A stretch of DNA of 64,000 bases from Chrysomallon squamiferum (lineage: Eukaryota; Animalia; Mollusca). Of the stretch, positions 1 to 13,717 are shown piece by piece. The stretch spans positions 32,488,001 through 32,552,000 of the forward strand of contig CM022672.1 in NCBI GenBank assembly GCA_012295275.1, in the 5' to 3' direction. The stretch's first letter is position 1; each line of letters opens with the position of its first letter. The notes under the pieces were generated by a model. The model saw only the letters and a program-made list of their open reading frames with translations, ran no database searches and had not been told where the DNA came from. A program made the position numbers and the translations under genes.

Positions 1-424
1 AAAAAGAAAAAAGAAAAGTAGAATGATGCACAAAAACATAAAAACAAAACAAATTGTTATTATTACCACTACTGATACTGTTACTACCACAAGTACTACT
101 ATTACTAATATCATTATTATGAAATTGCTACAATTATTATTATCACTACTATTACTACTAGTACAATTATTACTGTCATATACTAAATGTATTACTGTTA
201 TTACTATCAGTATTACAGTTACTATTACTACTATCATTACTATTATGCTACTATTTCGGCAGCTACTATTACTATGTTAATTATAGTTACTACTGCCATC
301 ACTACTCCCCCTGCTACCAAAAGTAATTACTAACACTACCATAAATGTTTTATGTTATTAGATATCTTTAAATAATATACAATCCAGTACAAGCTATTTA
401 GTTTTAAATCTATATATAAATCTG

Positions 425-456
<32 letters not shown>

Positions 457-776
457 TATATGTGTGTCTCCCTATATTTATATATGCGTGTGTATGCATA
501 CATATATAAACACATACATATACACATATATAAAATATATCTAAAGAGCACTTTGATATACATTACAATGGTAAAAATACATACATACATACTGACCTAC
601 CTACCTACATATATATACATAACATACATACATACATACATTCATATATTTATATAAATGTATGTATGTATGTATGTCTGTATGTATTCATGTATGTATG
701 TATGTTATGTAGTTTAGCATCAGACTCTGCACGTAGACTTTATTCAGGAATGTACTGGCACAGGAGGACAAAGTCC

Positions 777-1497
777 AATCATCACCTCACAGAGCCTGTC
801 AAATATAACTGATGAGACTTATGACACGAACTTATGACACCCATTCAATTGCACAAAAAAAGGCTGACAATGTTACCAGTGTTACTGTTCAGCCATCAAG
901 ACAACCTATAATATATACACATGCACACAGACATACATACAGATTGTATGTGTGTGTGTGTTATATACAAAGATACACACATTCACATACACAGAGAAGT
1001 GCATGTGTTTGTATGTATGTGTTTATATATATATACACACATACATATACATTTGAACAGACATAAATACATGTGTATGTATGTATGTATATACATATAC
1101 ACACAGATATATATATATATACATATATATATACACAGACATACATACACACATATATATGTAATTACATATCTGCGTGTATCTGTATATTTGTCTATAT
1201 ACACACACCCATACCCACACACATACATATAACTGTGCGTGTTTGTGTGTGTGTCTGTGTATGTGTGTGCTACAAACATGAGTCCATTATGGATAAGTTA
1301 TGCCTTTATGCGCAAAAATATAATAGTTAACATAATTCCACTTTAGTAGCAGTAATGGTAATAGTAATAGTAGTATTTGCAGAAACAGTTGCAGTAGCAG
1401 GCACGATACTAGTAATAGTAGTGGTAAATAAATAAATAGATAAATACATGTCCTACTAACATTAAAAACAAAAAACAACATGTAGTTCTTTATAAAC

Positions 1498-1553
<56 letters not shown>

Positions 1554-2891
1554 TTAGTACAATCACAAATTCACAAAACCTGTCAAATGTTGGTGACAAG
1601 ACTCAAACTTGTAACACCCATTCACCCGCACTCCAAATGTAGATCATGTTACCATTCGTCCATCTAGACAATCTATAATATATACACACACATACAATGT
1701 ACAGATATAAACAAAATTATGTAGATGTGTGGTATGTGTATTGTGTGCACACATACATACCCACCCAAATATACATGCAGACACACATGCACATACATAT
1801 CTGTGTGTGCATGCATGCTATAAACATGAGCTAATTATGGTACTTCATGCATTTTGTGTAAAAGATATAATAGCAATAATAATTCCACTGTTAATAGCAG
1901 TAATGATAATAGTAGCAGTGGTAACTGAAGTATCAGTAATGGTAGCAGGGACCATAGTTGTAGTGGTAAATAAATAAATAGATAAATAATGTTAATACTA
2001 ATAACAAAATCCAAAAACCAATGTGTAGTTGTTTATAAATTGATACTACTACTACAACTACTACTACTATTAATAATAATAATATTAAAGTAATAATAAT
2101 AATAACAACAAAAACAACAATAGTAATAATAGTACAATCACAACCTCACACACCTGGTCAAATGCAGCTGATGAGACTCAAACTTATGACACCCATTCAC
2201 CTGCACACCAACAGTCGATAGTGTTATTGTTCAGCTATCAAGATGTGTGTGATAGTGTATGTGTATATTTGTGGTGCCTATATATGTATATATATGTGTA
2301 TGTGTGTGTCAGTGATTGTGTATATGTATATATATACACACATATACATATACACAGAACACATATACACACACATATATACATACACACATACACATAA
2401 TATACATATTTATATATATATACGCATACGTGTGTGTATGTGTATACTAATATGTAAACCTACACACACACACATACAACATACACGTTTTTATCTGTGT
2501 GTATCTGTATGTATGTTTATATGCAAACACACACACACGCACGCGCACAGACATATACACACAGACATACATGCAGATAGATATGTATGTATAAATACAG
2601 ACATGTGTATTTATGTATTTTTCTCTGTTTATGTGGGAGATGTGTCTATGTGTGCTATCAATATGAGCCCATTACGGGTAAATTGTGCATTTTGTGTGAA
2701 GGGTATAATAGTAATAATAACTGAAATGTTAGTTGCAGTAGTAATAGTAGTAAAAGCGTCCATAGCAGGCACTGTAATAGTATTATTTGTGTTAAATAAA
2801 TAAATAGATAAATACATTTACTATTAATAAAAAAAAAAAAAAAAATGTGATCCCTTATAAAGTGGTATTAATAATAAGAAAAACACCAATT

Positions 2892-2923
<32 letters not shown>

Positions 2924-2960
2924 TAATATTAGTAATAACAATAATAACAAGAACAGCAAA
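777..2960. repeat. Three diverged tandem copies of a 600-800 bp unit
   Basis: Shared blocks (ctgtcaaat..gagactcaaacttatgacacccattca; gtgctataaacatgag; taaataaataaatagataaatac) at ~777, ~1560 and ~2135. Confidence 0.8.
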
Positions 2961-3214
2961 AATAATATTAATACTAATAAATGGTGTATTTTTTACAACA
3001 GAAAAAAAGATATAAAATAATCGACTCACTTGTTGTTGTTGTAGTTTTTTGTTTGTTTGTTTTTAACCAATTCAGCGCGGACTCCCAGTATGATGTAATT
3101 ATCTTTAATGAAAAGAATATCTAAGTAATCCAAATAAACTGAATCCATATCATATCCACCTTTAGAACAAAGAAAAATATAAAACAATTATCATAAAAAT
3201 GTATATATTTAGAA

Positions 3215-3300
3215 TTTGACGCCATTTTGCTACTATTACTGCTTTACCAGTGACGTCATTCCGATTACGCAAATTGGCGATGTCTTTAAAACCGGAAACA
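3215..3300. promoter_or_regulatory. Promoter-like motif cluster (YY1, CRE, ETS)
   Basis: cgccatttt (3220-3228), TGACGTCA (3251-3258) and ccggaa (~3292) within 80 bp; minus-strand donor gtgagt at 3029-3024. Target gene not identified. Confidence 0.35.
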
Positions 3301-4491
3301 TTTATTAAATCGTTTATATTGTAAAGCATTTATATTGTAAAGCATTTATAATTTAAAAACTGTTTGATGTCATTTTGTTAGAGTTTATCTTTTTATCCCT
3401 ACAAAACATTATTAAACTAAAGACATTTATTCTTTCAATACTCGTCATTTGATTAAGACGAGTTCGGCCATTTCCGTAACATGCGTAAAATTAATACAAT
3501 TCTATTCGCTTGTCACAAAATGATCTGTAACCGTAATATTAGGATAAGGGCTGAGATAGTTTCTGTCAATAAAATCGGAAAGTTGAAGTCCAGATTTATA
3601 GATATAAAAATTAAAAGAAAAAGTATGATGAAAAATACTTATACAACTATTCAGAACATTAAATGGTTAGGTGCTTTTGTTGTTAACCGGTTTTGGTTGC
3701 TTGGGTGTGATAATAAAAACAGATTCCGACTAACCAGAACCAGTTACTGATTTAGTGTTAGCAGCAATTTATAGATTTAAATATTTATGAAAGTTTTATA
3801 TTGAAGGCTTTAATCAATTTAATTTAAATTAATGATTTTCATGTTTTATTTTCTATCAGATAATATGTGACTATTAAAAGTACGTTTATAAAGCAATGTT
3901 TATTTATAGATATAGATTATAACTTAGTCTCTTCATTTGGTTTACGTAAACTGCCGAAGCCAAGTTGTCTTATTTATTAACTGTTTAAATAATTTATTTA
4001 TTTAGGAACTTTTAGATATTTTTATAATTTTTGCATCAGGAAAACATTGTTTCAGTTGCTGTGTTAAATAATAGGATTATAAATTCGCTGAGATCACATA
4101 TATATATATTTTTTTTAGATCTAAATAAAACAGTTAATTCAGGTAATTTCACATTCGGCCATTTCCGTGATCCGTGACATGACGAAGAAATAATACAACG
4201 GTAATAGCTTGTGACATAGTATTAGAACAATAAATTAATTCAAAATAAATAAATAATAATAATAATAAAATCAGATAAAAAAAAATTAATAGTCCGAAAG
4301 TTATTAGTTTAGATTTCTATGTAAATAATTTGTACATTGTGAACTATCAGGTTTACATGGAAAAATTAATCAAATGATGACTATATAACTAACAATAATG
4401 AAATATATAGGTTTACAGGTAACCATGGTTACATTTATTGGCATATTCTGACATTCGTGACTCGCTGGTACCAGGATGGAATCGTGATTTA

Positions 4492-4585
<94 letters not shown>

Positions 4586-7500
4586 AAATATACACAATGA
4601 CAAAAACATGTATCTATCTACATACATCTAAATGGTCTCACAATCGAGAGAGCGCGCACACTACGTTTGCATAAATGTATTGGCACACTCAGGTACGTGC
4701 GCACGTGCCTAGAAATCAACAGGTCCATTGATATATATCGCGCACAAAAACCAGGTGATTCACTTATAATGAACTGACTCACAAAGACATACACGTGAAA
4801 CACACGTCACGTCGCTGATAAAAACAGGCACATGAGATAACTACCATATACACGCACACGCACGCACACACGCACGCAGGCTAGCGCAAACAAACAAAGG
4901 AATAAACAAACTGAAGAACAAATAAATAGAAATATGAATAGAAATAATAAATAAATAGATAAATTTTCAGAAATTATGTAATTAATAGATATGAAATAAT
5001 CAATGGAAGGGAAGGGAACAGCCATATATCAGTGCAAACTGTATACTAAATAAGCAAGCAACATTTTCCTCTTTTACAAAGTTTTCATATACACATACAT
5101 ACAGTCATACACAAGTACGTACACTTGCACACACATAATACAAACGTAGATATATAATTACCTAAATTCATACACAGGTATAATATACCTACACAGATAC
5201 AGAAACATTCAGAGATACACAAATATATACACTTACACACATAATACACCCACATATACATAAATACATAATACACCTACATATAATTAAATACATACAT
5301 TCATATACATAATACATAATACACACATACAAATACATAATATATAATATAACCACATACACACTGAGATATATATACACACAAATAAATACCGCATAAT
5401 ACACACACAGATACACATACATGCATACATACAAATTCATACAACAGAGACAGATACACGTAGATACGTACATACAAATACATACAAAATAATACAAACA
5501 CACAGATACACACATAAACACTCATACACATAATACACACAGCTACACATACAAACTCATATACACATAATACAAACACAGAGACATACATACATATATA
5601 TTATCATTATTTGTCCATGAATTGATTCTAGTAATGTTTGTTTCAGATGCTTTATTTTGAGTATAGCTTACAGGTTAATTGTTTTTTAGGTCAAATGTGT
5701 ATTATGTAACATTACCAATTCTCCACTGAATCTTCTGTGGATGAATTTATATATATATATAAAAGTGATGAACTCTCTCCTCTTTTATTAACTACTTTGA
5801 CAATGTTAGCGGTATATATATATTCTCTATATTTTCTGGCTAACATGCAGCTACGATGCAGTGGAAATACAGTTTATATATAGTAGAGATCATATTGAAG
5901 ATGATTTTGAAACACCCACATCATAGATTTTGAACACCTTTATGTAGACATTCTTATTTAGAAAGTTCTTTTGGTTCTATATTTTTAAAAATGGTATTTG
6001 TAGAAGTAACTTATTATTTCTTCTCCTTTGGCTGGTTTCTTTCTTTCCTTTTTAGTTTTAATAAAGAAAGGAAAAAAGAGAGCATAATTCTGAGCATGTG
6101 TTTTCTTTAAAGCAAAATTTCTTCCTTCTTTCTATATCACATATATCTGTTGTTACTAGAAACATTATTTCAAAAGTGATGACATCATATTTATACTAAA
6201 TTTAAAAAAAAGAATCATCTGTTGACGTCAATTACTCGGGCAGTAATCTAGAACCTTCTTTCTACGTCAATCGCACAACAGATTTCATTATTTGAACATT
6301 TTATTTTAGTTTAGTTTAGTTTTGTATGAGTGAATATTTTCTGCGATTTTGAAAGTTCAGTCGACATAGGTAATTATTAATGATTTATAAATGATTACAA
6401 TATTGTAATAGAGTTACGGAATTTTATAATTTATCTGAATTTTATGCTTTTGAAGTAGATTTGTTTTGTTGTTACAGATTATATAAGACTGATAGTTTTT
6501 GTGTGGTTTTTCTTTTCCATTATTATTAATATTATTATTATTATTATTATTTTATTTGTATTTATTTATTTATTTATAATTTTATTTTATTGTGTTTTTA
6601 TTGTTTATTTATTTTTTATTATTATTATTTATTTTTTTCAGACACTAGATGAACTGAAAGTGAAATTCATTCTTCTGTTGTGTATAACTTTTCTTTCAAA
6701 GGCCATCTACAGACGGTCTGGGATTCTGGTCTTGTTGAATTATGCAGGACATTCGTATCTGGTTGTTGGGAGTTCTCTCCCCTGGTGTAGACCAGCAGAC
6801 GACTTCCGGCTCAAATGTATCTGTAATATCTTCTGAGTAGGTATCAGCCTCGACAGTTACCAGTCTGATAAACTGTAGGTCGTGCCAGCATTCTTTTATT
6901 GGTAGAGCATTTTCAACACAATGGAAAAATACTTCTAAACAATTATTTTATTATTTTTTTGTTATTGTATCTTCCGGAACGACATGATTCTGTTACAAGA
7001 AAATGGAGAAAAATATAAAGGTTACTTTACATTTGAGATAAAATGATAAAACTTCAACTAAAATGAGTGGTCACATTTTTCTGTCTTATCACCACAGCAA
7101 TTTAAGTTCTGTTTTCAGTTAAGTTCACATTTGATCTGAATAATTAATTAATTATAAACACTTAATAAATAAACATACATTCTTTATGTGAAAATTCATG
7201 TGTCAAAACTTTACATGAGTTGATGTGAATTCAGCAAACACAATGTCAAACCCTTCACCAGAATTAATAATGAAGCAAAGTTGTGTATCTGATTCAGTAA
7301 TCTAAAATACCCACACATGTGCATAGCCATTCTATGTTTCTAGCATACACATAACATATATTCCAATACACATACATTATACCCTCTCCTCATTTCAGAC
7401 TTACATATAAACTCTCACTGTGTAAAACATGTAAACATGAACACTCACATGTACACTTGTGTGTGTGTGGGAGGGCATCAATGCAACATTAATACTACTA

Positions 7501-7597
7501 CTACAAGTACTACTATGTTATTACCACTACTACTTCTGCTGGATAGATAGATAGATAGTCAGACAGACAGACAGACAGACAGGTTTATTACCGATTC

Positions 7598-8012
7598 TGG
7601 CATTCCCGAATCTGGCAGTGAGATTATAACACATCTTAACTGGCCACGCCAGTTGTTCCATTTCTGGCAATTTATTGCTCACCCTTTCTAATTGGAGTTC
7701 CGTCACCTTAATTGATGTATTTTTGTCTAAATTGGTAGTATTTCCTGTCTCCAAATTTTACAGTGATATAACATTAATTTCCTGTCTCCAAACATTAATT
7801 TGTTTGAAATCTCTATTACGGCTCACCTCTGCTCTTCACTGCTCATTAAGGTTAATCTCGTTAATCGCCCCCTCGGTTCTTCACAGATCTCGTTATCCCC
7901 ATGCGTCTAAATTGGTCTTAATTGCTCACTCCAGTTTTCCCATTTCTGGAAGCGGATTAGAACACCTCACCGCTTACCTAATCTGGAGACTGCCAGTTTT
8001 GGGAACATACCG
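7598..8012. mobile_element. Probable MITE inserted in a GATA/GACA microsatellite
   Basis: Imperfect inverted ends ttcccgaatctggcagt (~7604) and actgccagttttgggaa (~7989); internal short repeats tttcctgtctccaaa. Confidence 0.5.
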
Positions 8013-9499
8013 ATAGATAGATATAGATAACAGGTCAATCATTTTTGAGGATACGGAACGTGAATACAGTACAATTTAGGACGTTATTATATACACCAGT
8101 TCATTGTGACTTAATATTATATAGGTAATACCATGACGCCAGCAACGTAATGAAGAAAATACGTATAACAATATAGATTTTTTGTGACACTCTGACGGAA
8201 ATAGAATGCAAAAATTCCAGTTATTTTTAAATATCGGTATTAATCAAAGTCTTGTAAGGAAATATTTCTGTATTTTCGCGTTATTTCAACTTCATTATTG
8301 ATGACACAAATAAAAATGAAAGTTAATAATATTACCGTATAATGTCGTTGTTAACATAAAACTATAAAATTGTGAATTTGTGCTGATCTAAATAATAACT
8401 GACAACATGATAAATAAAATTTTGTGTAATTGTAAAACATGGTTTAATCCTGTTTACTGAATTTGTTTTGATTAATTCACAGACGTTACTGTTGAGACCA
8501 GGACTGAATCAATGCCGCTTACGTTACTGTTCATCCTTGGATCAGTATTATGAACGCATTAAAAACATTCTTTACATTTGTATTTCACGTATTGTTTGTT
8601 TATTTTTCTATTGTAACTAACTAATGAATACAAACGCCTATGTGGTCCCGCCCACGCTACGTCACTGACGTAAACGCACTTTTGGTTTCGTAGGAACAAT
8701 GCTATATATACTATGTGCGTGAGACTAAGAAAATATTAAAATATTTATACACATTACTATTATTATTTTTTATATTGTTGTTGTTGTTGTTGTTGAAAAG
8801 GACTTAACATATGGCTCATTAGAAAACAAACGTAACAAAATAAAATTAACAAATTTATTTTTCTGAGGTATAAACGTAATAATACAGAAAAATAGAAAAA
8901 TAGTAAGAAAGTGCACAAATATTCTGTTTTATTGTTTATACGGTATAAAAGTAATAGCACTCACACATACACACACACACATACATACATACATACATTC
9001 ACACATTACATACAAGGTGAAAGAATAATCTATAATTAACTCTACTTTGAAGTGACAATAATTATCTGCAGCTTGAACTATTTGTTTACGCTCAATCTCT
9101 TCAAACAATTGATTTCTTTAAGCAAAGATCACCAGTGCAGTTTAGCGCGAATAGGGCGGGGATAGTGATATCTGGGTGAGGCAGAGAAGGGTGAGAAGTG
9201 TTGTATAACTGAGACTGCGGAAAATTGATGATAATATTTTAACACGAAAATTTGTGTTTATTATTTTTACACTTTCCTCGTTTCTTTTATTCTTTGTATT
9301 AGTCTGGCAGCCAACTGCAATTTTTACCTTAACTTTGTATTGTTCTATTAAGTTTTTTACTGTCGATTTTGGTCTCTATTTTCAGAAACTTCTTGATGGC
9401 ATGTTGTCACTCATGAGCAATTTGAGAAATTCAAATGGCGTCCATAACTCCCTACCTATTCACCCTAGGTAGGTGATTTTTGTCTCTATACTTAGGTTT

Positions 9500-9880
9500 T
9501 AGGGGTCAAGATATCCAGTAGAACTAAGTATTATGTTAATATCATATTGTGATAGACGGGCACTAATAGATATAAAGTCGTCTGTGTTTGGCGGTGTGTC
9601 GAAAATGCTCACTGGAAAAAAGGTTTCCCAGAACGTCAGAGTATTACGAATGGTAGCTGAAGAGGCACTTCGTGGGATCATTCAGGATAAACCACTACAT
9701 TGCAGTGATGACCTCAAGCAAATTCTCGAAACCGAAGCCAGCAAGAGTCACTACCAAACGTTGGGTCGATGTCTTGATAAAACCTGTCCTGCTCACCATG
9801 ATGTTCATACTGGCTGTCGCGAAGAAGACTGGCCAATTCATCTGACAACCTATGAGCAAATGCTACCATACTACAAAAAA
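9500..9880 (+). mobile_element. DNA transposase remnant (probably Academ-like)
   Basis: FGGVSKMLTGKK..QNVRVLRMVAEEALR, then after a frameshift WVDVLIKPVLLTMMF..REEDWPIHL..QMLPYY. Resembles a transposase family common in aquatic invertebrates; superfamily assigned from memory. Confidence 0.65.
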
Positions 9881-11649
9881 ATTTAAAAGTGACCAAATAA
9901 TAATAATAAGAATAATAATAATAATAACAACAACATCAACAACAACAATAATAATAATATATAAATGATAAAATAAAGATAACTAAATTTTAATGTTCAG
10001 TGATTATCTCTCTGAATTTTCTGAAATTTAAACAACAGTGCATAGGAATATTAATACGTATAAAAACATACACTGGTGTAAATAAAATGTTGTTTGGGTT
10101 TTTTCAGAAACTTTTAATTATTGTAGATAAGAATACAGTTGATATTAATATAGTAAATATTATTGAGCTATGTTATTATTTTGTTTGTATTCCTTTATTA
10201 ATCTGAATTTTTACTGTTATAATTATCATATCAAAATGATCACACACACACACACAGACAAACACAAACACACATACATACACATACATAGAAAATGCAT
10301 ACATCTGACAGATACTTTAACCCAAATTTAGATAATTAGATATAACAGGTATAACTAACTGTGAAGCTTATGAGGGAAGTGAAATGATATTCACAAAACT
10401 AAATACTCCTCTAATGTGACTTAATAACTGAATAGATGCTCTCTTTTTTCACCCATTTTGTCCAATCTGGCTCTTCTCAACCTTTTTACCATTGTGGAAC
10501 CTTTGAAATCATTTTTATGTCTCAGAGAATCACTTTATGAAAATTATAATATACCAATACTTATGTCTTTGTTTTATATTTTTAATCATAGTCATGTTGT
10601 TTAAATTAATATGTATATATACGGGGTTTTGGGTTTTTTTTTTTTTTTTTTTTTTTTTTGCTGGGGATAACTGGTTTAAGGAAAAATGACTCCCTTTCTT
10701 GCAAAAAACTCCCCGAAATGCTGGTCAGTATTGACACAAAGGATTTCATACACAAACAAACACAACAAAAATAAATAAATAAATAAAACTAGAATAATAA
10801 AAAAATAAATATCTGTGAACAACACAAAAATTATAAATATACATAACTAACATCACATACATATATAACACATATAAAAAGAATGAAAGCAGATAAGTGT
10901 TCCAGTATCATGTCATTTATTGAGAATGTGGAAAAGATTTGAGATGAATCAAGGTGAAATGTATTTGAACAAATGATAATAATGACTCAGTGTGGATCAT
11001 TCACCCAGTCACACAGCAGATGATACAAAAATCTATCAAAAATACATTAGCCTCTCTTTCACTGTTTATTACCCAGAAATCTCTTGTGTAAGCCCAGTGG
11101 AGAATCACTGACAGATGTAACAATCTACTCAGTCTGTGAGGAGTTTTTCTTCACAAAGTGTATCATAATGAAACTGAAAATATCAGCTCAGGAGCATGTT
11201 GACATTTTGTTTGAGAAACTTGAACACACTGAAATATCAGGTGACTAAAGACAAAAGTCTCTGATCTTTGCCAAGGTTTGGAGAGACACATTTTGTTGTA
11301 TTACTTACTTGAATTTTTACTTCACAATTAAAATGATTTGTAAGTCAGTAAATTAATCACTAAGTCTCATTTTAGAAACATTGTTTACTTTGTTTATTAC
11401 TGGGAGGTCTCACTCTACAGTTTGTTTCTCAAACACTATTCAGTGTTAGGCATCCATTTTTACAGGTGTAAGAAATCCATGGAATAAATATTTAATATTT
11501 TCCTAATCCTGAATATTAATTTACTGATTGCTCTACCAACAAATCAATAGTGTGTCAGTTCCCAAAACAATATATTACCACTTTGCAGCTGTGATGTTAT
11601 GTTATTAGATAAACACACAAATACACAAATACACACACACACATACATT

Positions 11650-11712
<63 letters not shown>

Positions 11713-11744
11713 TTACATACATACATACATACATATATATATAT

Positions 11745-12413
11745 GGGTCATTCCGTGTCAAATCACCCAATGGTTTAAACCCGACCGTCTCAGATTTTTA
11801 TGAAACTTGGTATACTTGTTGACTGGGATCCCACAGCACCAAATTTTAGCTCAATCAGACCAGTGGTGTGGGAGATACGGCCCACCGAATTTTGAGATTT
11901 TTGCCAAAAATGGGTGTGACCACCAACCTTAGAACCCTTATATCTCAGGAACTACTGGGCCAATCTTCATAAAATTGGTATTATTAGAAAGGCAAAATGA
12001 CAAGGATTCCAAATCTGCCATTTCTGTTTAGTTTGGAAAATATTGGAGTACCTTGACCTTTTGACCTTTGCTATGACCTTGAAATTGACTGTGTGGATCA
12101 CGTGATCTTGAGATGACCTTTATTGAAATTTAATCTCCCACATGTTAACTAAAACATATAAAAGTTTCCTGGGTGTAATATTTTTTGTTTAGCCACAATA
12201 TAGATTTTAAAAATGCACATACATGAAAATAACACCTTTTCAGCCATTAACATCTGATTAACTAAAACCTGAATGATCAATTCTGGATGCTAGGAATATT
12301 TCAGATTTGGTGCTGTGGGATCCCAGTCAACAAGTATACCAAGTTTCATAAAAATCTGAGACGGTCGGGTTTAAATTTCTTATTTTTTGGGGTGATTTGA
12401 CACGGAATGACCC
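11745..12413. mobile_element. Non-autonomous DNA transposon (MITE), 669 bp, bipartite inverted repeats
   Basis: Perfect 24-bp TIR gggtcattccgtgtcaaatcaccc and perfect 71-bp subterminal IR (11774-11844 / 12305-12375); flanked by ATAT within a (TA)n run. Confidence 0.9.
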
Positions 12414-13267
12414 ATATATATATATATATCTGACTAATCATTTCAAAGTCCTGACCTACTAACATTAATCTATTATGATCAAAACATTACTAGTCTATGT
12501 GCTGTCTACCTCTGATTTTGAGGGAAAATTCCACAGCAAAAGAACATATACAAATAAACTATGTCTCTGCTGGAACTCAATTTTAGAAGTAGTTTCAATT
12601 GTTGAACAATGGCAGCAATTTTCATATAATTAGACTACAGTGTGAGAAGAAATGATCACAACTTCTTTGAAGGATTAATAAACAATGACCCCATGTCTCG
12701 TAATATCTGCAGCTAGATGAATGAGACTATTTTCATTGTGTTGTGATACTTCAGTAAATTCGCTCATTTACATTTAGTGTGAAAAGTAGAATCTGCGTAA
12801 ATACATGTGAGCACATTTTGTGTTGTTTATTGCTTTCATAATGGTCAGAGTGATCTAAAATATGACAATGCAGTTTTTAAGGTTTGAAATATTTCTTACT
12901 CTTACTACTCTGTTAATGTTACATATACACTTTAGAGATATGCAGAATTAAATTTGTTCATGACAAGATCAGAAAAAATCAGTAAATTTTTTATTGAATG
13001 TAAAATATTAGTTTTCTTCACAAGGTTGGAGTATGCACAAAGACTTAATCACTGAACAGTAACTCAAATCATTGAGCTACAAATGATGAGGCTTGAACCA
13101 GCTGTCTGTTATTTTTCAACCTAGTGTCCTAACCTATATAAGTTATTGCTGCTTGGTTATATGATTGAAGTTGTATACAAACAAAAATGGACATGTGCAT
13201 GCAGATAAGAATATACACAAAAACATGTATATACATAAAGAAATTTAAATAAGAAAAACTCATCACT

Positions 13268-13345
13268 TCTTGGGCTATCCAGTTAGCAGCTAAAGACCAT
13301 TGATATGTACCATCCCACAGACAGGAGAGTACATACCATAGTCAT
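13268..13345. mobile_element. Fragment of a SINE-like interspersed repeat
   Basis: gggcta..ttagcagc..atatgtaccatcccacagacaggagagtacatacca resembles an abundant repeat I recall from gastropod genomes; unverified. Confidence 0.4.
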
Positions 13346-13670
13346 TATTATATTAGTGCAAAGACTACCAAATCCAGCTCTCTTTAAAACAGAAAACTAA
13401 TTTATTGAATATATATTTTCACAACAGCTAACTTATGCACTTCATAATAAATATATAGAAATTATCACCCTTCATTCTAGATTCTTCATTCATTCATTCG
13501 TTCATTCATTCATTTCATTGCTACTAACTAAAAGGAAATTTATATTTATGATGCTATTTTATGAATTAAACTTTTCATTCAAATGGTTACATTTTGCTGG
13601 GTTTTTCTAAGGAAAAAAGTTCCTTAGATATAATAAAAAAAACCTGTGAGAAATTCAAAGGAGACTGTTA

Positions 13671-13717
<47 letters not shown>

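Noticed and set aside
805-840. Hammerhead ribozyme core (ctgatgag...gaac)
   Set aside because: No GAAA and no pairing stems. The cgaaacgcgcg at 46091 likewise lacks CUGANGA.
23-5591. Numerous 60-186 aa ORFs rich in Y/I/H/T/V/C
   Set aside because: Translations of CA/TA/TAT microsatellites; the same holds for the poly-SL, poly-ER, poly-N and poly-I ORFs elsewhere.
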